NCBI GenBank assembly: GCA_963545055.1
Contig: CAUUHT010000002.1
Span: 7,789 to 71,788, forward strand
DNA length: 64,000 nt
Origin: Candidatus Nanosyncoccus nanoralicus
GTDB lineage: Bacteria; Patescibacteriota; Saccharimonadia; Saccharimonadales; Saccharimonadaceae
Reading direction: 5' to 3'
A program made the position numbers and the translations under genes. Shown here in pieces: positions 1 through 7,746 of the stretch (within the stretch, counting starts at the first letter, position 1; the number at the start of each line of letters is the position of its first letter). Under the pieces are notes generated by a model, which saw nothing but the letters and a program-made list of their open reading frames with translations, was not told the DNA's origin and did not search any database.

Positions 1-574
1 TGAAGAGACCCAGACCGGAACTGCCGGGGCGCATGGAGATACTTGCAGGACGAACCATACCGTCTTTTAGTGACTGCCAGATTTGTTTAGGCAGACAGGG
101 CCCAAAGTCACGCACCGTCACCTCTACGGAATCACCACGGTCAGAAATTACCAGCGACGACTCAGTCTCAGAAGTGGAATAATACATTGCGTTAATGCAG
201 AAGTTATATATAACACTGAAGAGGAGATCTGAATTCGCAATGGCGAGGTCGTGACGATTTTTGTAAAAAGCGACGACGCTACGTTGGTTAATCTGGAAAA
301 ATGGCTGAAGTTCAGTGAGAACATGATCACAAATTCGGCGCACAGAGACTGGCTCCATTTCGAAGAGACCATCCTCGAGTCTAGCAATTTTAGTAAGATC
401 ATTAACTTGCCTGAGAGCACGCTCAGAAATATTAATTAGCTGCCTCTTAGTATCCTTTAGTTCAGCGAGGCTGTCTTCCTGAAAATCCATTGAAAGAGCA
501 AGCTGACGCATCACCGCAAGCGGACTTTTCAACTCATGAGCAACGACTGCTAAACCTCCAACCTCACTTACCAT
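1..574 (-). CDS. histidine kinase catalytic core (HisKA + HATPase_c) with no sensor/TM region; 3' end runs off the window
   Basis: Absent from the ORF track because there is no stop inside the window. Hand translation from ATG 574-572 gives MVSEVGGLAVVAHELKSPLAVMRQLALSMDFQEDSLAELKD (H-box HELKSPL). The same frame at 58-2 reads MVRPASISMRPGSSGLGLF (G2 box). An in-frame TGA at 580-578 closes the frame upstream. Confidence 0.8.
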   Translation of the reverse strand, partial: MVSEVGGLAVVAHELKSPLAVMRQLALSMDFQEDSLAELKDTKRQLINISERALRQVNDLTKIARLEDGLFEMEPVSVRRICDHVLTELQPFFQINQRSVVAFYKNRHDLAIANSDLLFSVIYNFCINAMYYSTSETESSLVISDRGDSVEVTVRDFGPCLPKQIWQSLKDGMVRPASISMRPGSSGLGLF

Positions 575-580
575 AGGTCA

Positions 581-609
581 ATTATAGCAGAGAAAAATTT
601 TATAGTCAG
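581..609 (-). promoter_or_regulatory. putative sigma70-type promoter (CTGACT-17-TATAAT) ending 6 nt before the kinase ATG
   Basis: The minus strand reads tCTGACTataaaatttttctctgcTATAATtgacctATG. There is no Shine-Dalgarno between the -10 box and the ATG. Confidence 0.4.
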
Positions 610-644
610 ATTTTTAAAAATTGCATTTGAGAAAACTAGACTAA

Positions 645-1721
645 TTAACTATTGAAGCGGATAGTGGAGAGAATACGTTCAAAATCAGCACGGAAGACAT
701 TGCTCGAATCGGTTTGAAGCAGAGCAGTCTTATCGCGAATCTTAAAGACACAGACAATACCCATAAGATCGCTGTCTAATTTACCAGTATAGACATTAAC
801 ATTAACACCATTAACCACTGTTGAAGAGACAGTCATTTCTTGTGACTGAACTTTATCAGTAAAATCCTCAAGAACGCGATCGAGTTGTTCGTTTTTAATT
901 GTGACCCGAAGAGCCATAACGGTATTATCGGCTACAACATTCACCTGGCCAGGATTGAGGTAGGCATGATAGTCGCCACCACGACTGGCATCATCAGGAA
1001 TGTAGAGGTTCCAAGTCTTAGGATATTCAAAGTTCAAGGCGCCGAGATCGGTGGGACCGGAAAATGTTAAGAAAGGATATTTTTCTTTTTCTTCAAAATC
1101 ATTTTCTAGCTTAGTTTGTAAACTATTTCTAGCCTCGGCAACAGCTACGTCGATTTTTCCCTGGACGTTAGTATTGGCTTCACTCCATTTTAAGGTCATC
1201 CAGATAAAGAGTCCGACAAAGAGGACGGCGAGAAGAGAAACAACAATCAGACCAATGGTCTTAAGGAGGTCGACACGGTTCTTAGCACGAGCGATACGCT
1301 CAGCCTCTTTTTTCTCCTCATCGGTCATGAGATTAAAATCTTTATTTAGGAGATTACCGGAAGGATCAGTAACCTGAGACATAAAGGAGGCGTTATTTAC
1401 TGGAGTAGATGAGGGTGCGGCTTGAGGCATAGCGGAGGGCTGAGGTGAAACTGTAGGATTTACTGGGGGATAAGGAGACGCAGGTTGATTAAAACTCTGA
1501 GGATTAAAGCCAGGAGTGGAGGTCGCAGAGGAAACAACAGAAGTGGCGGGAGTAGACGCAAAACCAAAAGCCTGTGAAGACTGTACTGGTTGCGGGGCTT
1601 GAGAAGCTTGGGTAGTTTGCGGAGCTGGTTGTCCTTGTGGAGAAATTGGATTCCAAAAATTAGCGTCTTGCGGCGTAACACCTTGACCATTATTAAAATT
1701 ATTTGAACCCTGATTATCCAT
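645..1721 (-). CDS. hypothetical single-pass membrane protein: P/Q/S-rich N-terminal tail, TM helix, about 170-aa globular C-terminal domain
   Basis: 358-aa ORF. It has a low-complexity tail (QGQPAPQTTQASQAPQPVQSSQ...), a TM segment (TIGLIVVSLLAVLFVGLFIWM) and then a non-repetitive domain. I recognise no family motif. Confidence 0.7.
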   Translation of the reverse strand: MDNQGSNNFNNGQGVTPQDANFWNPISPQGQPAPQTTQASQAPQPVQSSQAFGFASTPATSVVSSATSTPGFNPQSFNQPASPYPPVNPTVSPQPSAMPQAAPSSTPVNNASFMSQVTDPSGNLLNKDFNLMTDEEKKEAERIARAKNRVDLLKTIGLIVVSLLAVLFVGLFIWMTLKWSEANTNVQGKIDVAVAEARNSLQTKLENDFEEKEKYPFLTFSGPTDLGALNFEYPKTWNLYIPDDASRGGDYHAYLNPGQVNVVADNTVMALRVTIKNEQLDRVLEDFTDKVQSQEMTVSSTVVNGVNVNVYTGKLDSDLMGIVCVFKIRDKTALLQTDSSNVFRADFERILSTIRFNS

Positions 1722-1778
1722 ATATTTATATTTTACTTATGATTATTTATTTGTAAAGTTGCTTGACTACTTTACGTT

Positions 1779-2015
1779 CTATTCTTTACTAAAATCGCGA
1801 TCGATAACTTCGATTTGATTCTTAATTTCATTGAGACTTTTTTCAATTTCTTTTGCCGAGAGAGCTACTTCCTGATATTTTTGACTGGCCTCTTCAAGAG
1901 AAAATTCGTCGCCGTAAAACCACTCAATCTGCTGATCTAATTGCTCTAAACGTTGATTAATTGAAAGAACAGTGGTTTTAGTTTTCGTCTTCTTAGGACT
2001 GGTTGATTCTGCCAT
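1779..2015 (-). CDS. xseB: exodeoxyribonuclease VII small subunit
   Basis: 78 aa with the typical XseB helix-hairpin (LEQLDQQIEWFYGDEFSLEEASQKYQE...). It lies directly downstream of xseA with a 2-nt gap. Confidence 0.85.
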   Translation of the reverse strand: MAESTSPKKTKTKTTVLSINQRLEQLDQQIEWFYGDEFSLEEASQKYQEVALSAKEIEKSLNEIKNQIEVIDRDFSKE

Positions 2016-2017
2016 GA

Positions 2018-3115
2018 TTACTCCTTATTTTTGACTTTAATTATTTTTGCTTCGGCTTGATGAGTTTCGGTTTCAAGATGAACAATCGCATTCTCTGATA
2101 AATGACCATGAATAATAGCATAACCACGCCTTAAGACGATGTCTGGATTTAAATTTTCGATAATCTTCTGCTTTTGTTGGATTTTTTGAAGTTCAAGTTG
2201 CAGGAAATTAAAGATTTTAGTGCGAATACTTTCAATTTGTTCCCTTAACTTATGTTCTTCAAAATTAATTTTGTTCACAATCTGCTGATGAATACGTGAC
2301 ACCTGAAGTTTAAGTGAGTGAATCTCAGCTTGGCGATCGCGAGTCAAAAATTGAGCGGCATTACTTGGAGTGGAGGCAGCCAGGTCAGCTGCAAGATCAG
2401 CAAGAGACTCATCAACTTCATGACCAATACCCGTGATGACCGGGATACGACTTCCAGCAATGGCGCGAACCAATTTTTCGTCGTTAAAAATCGCGAGATC
2501 ATCTTTAGAGCCACCACCACGAATCAGGGCAATCACTTGATTATCCGTATATTGATTCATATATTCAATCGCACGCACGATTTGATCAACGGCTGGCAAC
2601 CCTTGAACCTGGGTATGTGCCACCTGAATCTTAAGCTCACCCCAGCGTTCGTTAATAATTTTAATAAAGTCAGCATAGCCGGCGGCCTGAGTAGAAGAAA
2701 TGACGCCTAGACGCTCAAGGTTGCGAGCAACGGGACGTTTTTTAGCCGGATCAAAGAGACCTTCTTTCTGTAATTTAGCTTTAAGTAACTCAAAGGCTTT
2801 TTTAAGACTACCCTCGCCTAGAGGATGAAAACGCTTGATAGTGAGACTGAATTTACCAAAGTTAGTGAGTTTGGGCGTGGCCTGAACAGCGATCTTCATG
2901 CCATCTTCAAGAGGAAAACCGCCAAGTTGATAGATTGTCATAAAACAGCCAATGGACGATTCGGAATCTTTTAGATCAAAGAAGACCCATTTGCCTTGGT
3001 TGACTTTAAAGCTGCTGACCTCACCAAAAACTACAACGTCACCTAATCCAGTTTCTAAAACTTGATTTGTAACTGAAACGAATTGACTAACGGTAAATCG
3101 CGGAGCTTCCGACAT
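2018..3115 (-). CDS. xseA: exodeoxyribonuclease VII large subunit
   Basis: 365 aa with an N-terminal OB fold and the signature IRGGGSKDDLAIFNDEKLVRAIAGSRIPVITGIGHEVDESLADLAAD. Confidence 0.9.
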   Translation of the reverse strand: MSEAPRFTVSQFVSVTNQVLETGLGDVVVFGEVSSFKVNQGKWVFFDLKDSESSIGCFMTIYQLGGFPLEDGMKIAVQATPKLTNFGKFSLTIKRFHPLGEGSLKKAFELLKAKLQKEGLFDPAKKRPVARNLERLGVISSTQAAGYADFIKIINERWGELKIQVAHTQVQGLPAVDQIVRAIEYMNQYTDNQVIALIRGGGSKDDLAIFNDEKLVRAIAGSRIPVITGIGHEVDESLADLAADLAASTPSNAAQFLTRDRQAEIHSLKLQVSRIHQQIVNKINFEEHKLREQIESIRTKIFNFLQLELQKIQQKQKIIENLNPDIVLRRGYAIIHGHLSENAIVHLETETHQAEAKIIKVKNKE

Positions 3116-3117
3116 AT

Positions 3118-4248
3118 TTAGGATTCTTTTGAAGATTCAAAGACCTTCTTTTTATCGGCTTTACCAATCTTTGAGATGGCATTTTGGTAGAAACCATAAC
3201 CAGAGACAATGGTATTAAGAAGGACGATAACACGAGTGACGATAACGACGGTACTTGCAACGGCAAGGTTGGTGCCAAGAATACACATAACGGTAATCAT
3301 GGAACCTTCGTAGCCACCGACGCCGCCTGGAGTAGGAAGAACAGCGCCTACGAGTGAACCGAGAGCCTCTGCAACCATGATCTGTGGGAAGATTTCGCCG
3401 TGACCTAAAGATAAGGCAACGATTTCATAGGTTGCAATTTCAAGGAAATTATAGAGAAAGCCCCAGATAACAGGTTTAACGAGAAGCTTTTTATCTTTCT
3501 TAGCAGTAAGAAAATCTTCGTGTAGATCCATGAAATACTTGTTAACTTTTTCGAGCTCAAGAACCTGCTTCTTTTTTCCAAAAGTAATTGTTTTAACAAA
3601 CCAGTTAGAAAAGGCGGTAAGTTCTTTGGCTGCCCAGCGGATCATCTTGCGACTGGAAACAATGGCGATAAGAATAGCGATGGCAGCAATAATACCAACA
3701 CTCATGGCGCCGACTAACCAGATCATCCAATAGGCGTTAGCTGGGACGCTGCTAGTAATAATAAGGAAGATAATGGCAAAAATTGTTTGAGTCTGGTTTG
3801 CAAGGATGGTGATTAAATAGCGCAAGATATACATAAAGCTAACCTGACCGGCTGTGGCTCCGTAATTTTTTAGGCGCCAGGTGATATAGCCAAGGCCAGA
3901 GACACCACCAGATGGAATAGCATGGTTTACGAAATTGAGCTCAAAAGAGATGCGAGCAAGCTCCCATGTGGAAATTTTCTTAGTTTCTTTAGCTCCCTTA
4001 TTCTCCTGCTCAGCAATTCTCTGTTTTCCCGCCATGTAGGCGAAGAAAATTTTGCCAGCACAGTAATACATAAAGAGCTGTTCTGGAATGAGGAGGAAGA
4101 CAATAAATAAATTAATACTAAATTCACCACCTTCAATACAGTGTCCCCCAAAAATACAACTAGTGGCGGCGGTGATTTGGTCCCAGGCACCCCAAATAAC
4201 AAAGGCGACGAGGGCTAAAGTAATTAAGCTAAGAATTTTTTTAAACAT
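3118..4248 (-). CDS. UPF0104 / lysylphosphatidylglycerol-synthase-TM-like (flippase-like) integral membrane protein
   Basis: 376-aa polytopic membrane protein with the C-terminal motif LPTPGGVGGYEGSM typical of the UPF0104 family. Its stop is 2 nt from the xseA start. Confidence 0.65.
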   Translation of the reverse strand: MFKKILSLITLALVAFVIWGAWDQITAATSCIFGGHCIEGGEFSINLFIVFLLIPEQLFMYYCAGKIFFAYMAGKQRIAEQENKGAKETKKISTWELARISFELNFVNHAIPSGGVSGLGYITWRLKNYGATAGQVSFMYILRYLITILANQTQTIFAIIFLIITSSVPANAYWMIWLVGAMSVGIIAAIAILIAIVSSRKMIRWAAKELTAFSNWFVKTITFGKKKQVLELEKVNKYFMDLHEDFLTAKKDKKLLVKPVIWGFLYNFLEIATYEIVALSLGHGEIFPQIMVAEALGSLVGAVLPTPGGVGGYEGSMITVMCILGTNLAVASTVVIVTRVIVLLNTIVSGYGFYQNAISKIGKADKKKVFESSKES

Positions 4249-4357
4249 ATCCTAGATATTATAGCATAGGTGTCCTTAGATGAAAGAGAAAAATATAGTT
4301 TGCGTAGAAGGATGTTAGATGGTTTAATATTAGCCTAATTTTTGATATAATAATTAT

Positions 4358-5527
4358 ATGAAGTACCTCGCAGTTGCAGGCCGCCAACCTCTAATTTCTT
4401 TGGCAGAAATCCAAGCATTATATGACAAGCACGCTAAATTGGTTGGAAAAAACTTAATTATTTTTCAGTTAGAAGATAAAAGACCCGAGATAAATCGACT
4501 GGGCGGAACAATGAAACTCGGCGAGTTATTTGATGGTGATTTTAGAACTTTAGTCAAATATCTCAACGAATCTCATCCTGAGGGGAAGCTGACGATCGGG
4601 ATTTCAGATTTCTCAAAGCAGAAGAAAGCTGGTTTTACTTTCCAAAAAAGCATGGAGATTAAGCTAGTCTTGAAAAAGATGGGACGTAGTGTTCGCGTGA
4701 TTACTAGCAAGGATCCTGAGATTCCTTCTGCAACCGCACATCATAATCAATTAGGTGAAAAGCCAGGTTGTTATGAAATTTTAGTACTCGACCGGGAACT
4801 TTATCTTAGCCTCGGCACTCAAAACATCACTGCATACACTGAGAGAGATCAGGCACGACCAGCGAGAGATGCTAAGGTAGGGATGCTACCGCCTAAACTT
4901 GCGCAAATTCTAATTAATTTATGCGGGCCTTTGCCCGAGGGGGCGAGAATATTGGACCCGTTTTGTGGAACAGGTGTAGTTCTACAGGAAGCGGCAATTA
5001 TGGGCTACATACCATATGGTACGGACCTTAGTGAACGCATGATTGAATTTTCAAAGAAAAATTTAAACTGGCTTTTTAACGAGAGGAATAGTAAGAGATT
5101 TAAAATTAAACCAGAACTAATCTTAAAAAAGGATGCAATCTTAGACAAACTGACGGTGGGCGATGCTACAACCTTTCAGTGGGAGGGACAGATTGATGCG
5201 GTTGCTTTCGAAAGCTATCTTGGAGCACCAATGTCTAAGCCACCAGTGGACATAAAATTTAAGACGGAAAAAGCTAAGTGTAGAGAGATTGCTTTGGGCT
5301 TTCTTAAAAATATTACCCCTCTCATTAAATCGGGTACACCTATTGTAATGGCAGTACCGGCTTGGCTACGCGAAACTGGCAAGTATGCACGCATGAACGT
5401 TCTTGACGAAATTCAAGAGATGGGATATAATTTTGAAAAGTTTCAAGATTTGAGTCAGTCGGATTTACTCTACTTCCGAGAAGGTCAGATTGTGGCTCGA
5501 GAAATAATAGTAATAAGGAAAAGATAG
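4358..5527 (+). CDS. SAM-dependent methyltransferase, UPF0020/Trm11-RlmL-like putative RNA methylase
   Basis: 389 aa with SAM motif I (ILDPFCGTGVVLQEAAIMGY) followed by GTDLS. The motif IV region is atypical (FESYLGAP rather than DPPY), so the substrate is unclear. Confidence 0.6.
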   Translation: MKYLAVAGRQPLISLAEIQALYDKHAKLVGKNLIIFQLEDKRPEINRLGGTMKLGELFDGDFRTLVKYLNESHPEGKLTIGISDFSKQKKAGFTFQKSMEIKLVLKKMGRSVRVITSKDPEIPSATAHHNQLGEKPGCYEILVLDRELYLSLGTQNITAYTERDQARPARDAKVGMLPPKLAQILINLCGPLPEGARILDPFCGTGVVLQEAAIMGYIPYGTDLSERMIEFSKKNLNWLFNERNSKRFKIKPELILKKDAILDKLTVGDATTFQWEGQIDAVAFESYLGAPMSKPPVDIKFKTEKAKCREIALGFLKNITPLIKSGTPIVMAVPAWLRETGKYARMNVLDEIQEMGYNFEKFQDLSQSDLLYFREGQIVAREIIVIRKR

Positions 5528-5535
5528 GCTAAAAT

Positions 5536-5808
5536 ATGTCACATGTTAAAGCTGGTGGTACCGCGAAGAACATTCATAATAACGCTGGTCAGCGTCTTGG
5601 TGTAAAGCGCTTCGGTGGTCAAAAGGTTCGCAATGGCGAAGTACTAGTTCGCCAAACTGGTAGCACTAAAATTGCAGGTCCAGGTACTTATGTATCTCGC
5701 AACTTCACAATTCACGCTGCTAAAGACGGTGTTGTAACCTTTGTAAAAACAAAGAAAACTCACTTCTCTGGCCGCTCACTACCACGTGTTCGCGTTGAAG
5801 TTCGCTAA
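5536..5808 (+). CDS. rpmA: 50S ribosomal protein L27
   Basis: 90 aa: SHVKAGGTAKNIHNNAGQRLGVKRFGGQKVRNGEVLVRQTGSTK is a canonical L27 N-terminus. Confidence 0.95.
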   Translation: MSHVKAGGTAKNIHNNAGQRLGVKRFGGQKVRNGEVLVRQTGSTKIAGPGTYVSRNFTIHAAKDGVVTFVKTKKTHFSGRSLPRVRVEVR

Positions 5809-5814
5809 ACAATT

Positions 5815-5837
5815 AGACCCTTCGGGGTCTTTTTTTA
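5815..5837 (+). terminator. rho-independent terminator after rpmA
   Basis: gaccc-ttcg-gggtc hairpin (5816-5829) followed by a run of seven T. Confidence 0.8.
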
Positions 5838-5888
5838 TTCCCTTTTAAACTCGCGAGATTTCTTTTAACAGATATTCTATGATAGAAT

Positions 5889-7715
5889 ATGCTTATGAAT
5901 GTATTGATCGTGGGCAATATAATTAAGGATACTTATCTTGAATTTCCGAAACATCTATTTGAAGCTGGCGATCATGGTCGTGTTTTTCTCGATACAGAGT
6001 TTGACGAGGAAACCCTGCACTATAAGAATAAAGAAAGTGTACTGAGCGGCGCTAGCATCATTGACGAGGTATTAAAGAATTTTAAGCTAAATAGCCTACT
6101 ATCAAACCAACAGGCTTTAGAAAACCATAAATACGATTGCCGCTACGTTCTGAAAACTGGTAATACTGTAAAATATCTAACTACAAGTTTGTATGGAAAG
6201 ACTGACTTTTTAACACCAGAAACGAAGCCAGATTGGATTTTTATTGACCGTTCGGCAAGGCTCGGAATTGATGACTTAAAAAGATTAGAACAGTATCTAG
6301 AATTGCATCAAGAAGTTAAATTAGCCATTCATACTAGTCAGATTTCCTGTGGTTTTTTGCATCAAGCAGATGATTTTATGGCAAAAGAAATTGCTAAAAA
6401 ATTATACACAAAAGCTAAGCTAGTATTTGTGACTGGTAAAAACATAGAGTCACTTTTACCACTAGAGGCCAGCCTGGATAATCAAAAGGTTTTTCTGATT
6501 ACCCCAACCGCAATTACGAACGGAGAGGAAAGGATCTTTCTGAAACGAAATAAGAAAGTTTTTCAGACCCATTTGACGATTTATTCCATTGCTGCCGGCA
6601 CAATTTTCGCAGCGCTTTCGTCTGGTTGGAATGTGAACCGTGCGTTAAGGTTTGCAAAAATAAATATCGAGAATGCCAAGATGAGTCGTACCCTAAGCAT
6701 CGATAAATTATACAACAAATTAAAGACCTCCCTTAAGCAAGAGGATAATTTACGACTGATGGCCAAAGCACTGACCGCCGATTATAGGGGTATTTTAGCA
6801 ATTGATGAATCAAAAAAATCAATTCGCCGTAAGCTTAAAAAATATGGCCTACCAGAAACACGGACAGTACAAGAAGAATACCGTGAATTATTAGTAACGA
6901 CGCCACACATTAATAAATATTTAAATGGTATAATTTTAGCCCAAGAAACAGTGGTGCAGAAAATAGCAAACGGCCAGAGTGTTCCTGAATTTTTAGCAGC
7001 AAAAGGCATTTTACCTGGGGTAAAAGTGGATCTTGGTCTTGAAAAGATACACAATCAAGTCAACTGCCTCACATGTGGACTTGAAGACCTAGACCAGAGG
7101 CTAAGCAGGTATTACAATTTGGGCCTTCGTTTTACAAAATGGCGTGCGGTCTTTGAAGTGGAAAAAAATTCACAAATCCCTGAAGGCGTGATTCAGAAAA
7201 ATACAAGAGACCTAGCAGTCTATGCGAAAAAAGCACTTGAAAAAAAGCTGGTGCCAATTATAGAGCCGGAAGTATTGCATGGAAAACAGAGTATTGCAGA
7301 TTTTTATAAACACACGAAACAGGTCTTGGTTGCATTGTTTGAGAAACTGCAGGAGCTGGGGGTCGATCTTGAATGTTGTATTTTAAAAATCAATATGATT
7401 TATGCCCGGGAAAACGAGCCTGAAGAGACTGGTCGCATGACGATGCGATTAATCTCAGAAACTGTGCCAAAAAATATTGGTGGAGTAGTCTTTTTATCAG
7501 GTGGACAGAGCGAAGAGCAGGCAACAAAAAATCTTCAAGCCATCATTAATGCGAATCAAGATAGATATAGATTATCTTTCTCGTTTGGTCGCGCAATTCA
7601 GGATCCAGCATTAAAAATCTGGCAGGGTGAGACCCAAAAGATCGATGACGCACAGACAGAATTAATTAAACAACTTAAACTAAACTGTCTGGCATTAAAT
7701 AAAAAACCGCGATAG
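5889..7715 (+). CDS. fba: fusion protein: degenerate PfkB/ribokinase-like N-domain (about 290 aa) plus class I fructose-bisphosphate aldolase C-domain
   Basis: The C-terminal half has class I aldolase landmarks: LAIDES, GVKVDLG, IIEPEV, ILKINMIY (Schiff-base Lys), VVFLSGGQSEE and LSFSFGRAIQ. The N-terminal half starts like PfkB (NVLIVGNIIKDTYL) and ends IYSIAAGTIFAALSSGW where PfkB has DTxGAGD. Confidence 0.8.
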   Translation: MLMNVLIVGNIIKDTYLEFPKHLFEAGDHGRVFLDTEFDEETLHYKNKESVLSGASIIDEVLKNFKLNSLLSNQQALENHKYDCRYVLKTGNTVKYLTTSLYGKTDFLTPETKPDWIFIDRSARLGIDDLKRLEQYLELHQEVKLAIHTSQISCGFLHQADDFMAKEIAKKLYTKAKLVFVTGKNIESLLPLEASLDNQKVFLITPTAITNGEERIFLKRNKKVFQTHLTIYSIAAGTIFAALSSGWNVNRALRFAKINIENAKMSRTLSIDKLYNKLKTSLKQEDNLRLMAKALTADYRGILAIDESKKSIRRKLKKYGLPETRTVQEEYRELLVTTPHINKYLNGIILAQETVVQKIANGQSVPEFLAAKGILPGVKVDLGLEKIHNQVNCLTCGLEDLDQRLSRYYNLGLRFTKWRAVFEVEKNSQIPEGVIQKNTRDLAVYAKKALEKKLVPIIEPEVLHGKQSIADFYKHTKQVLVALFEKLQELGVDLECCILKINMIYARENEPEETGRMTMRLISETVPKNIGGVVFLSGGQSEEQATKNLQAIINANQDRYRLSFSFGRAIQDPALKIWQGETQKIDDAQTELIKQLKLNCLALNKKPR

Positions 7716-7746
7716 TTTTATCGTCGGTTTTTTAGATATTTTTAAC

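Noticed and set aside
2318-2710. Antisense ORFs inside conserved genes (2318-2710 in xseA; 8275-8628 in uvrA; 47950-48375 in ftsK; 16646-16951 in pheS)
   Set aside because: Each overlaps a confidently identified housekeeping CDS, and none has translation signals.
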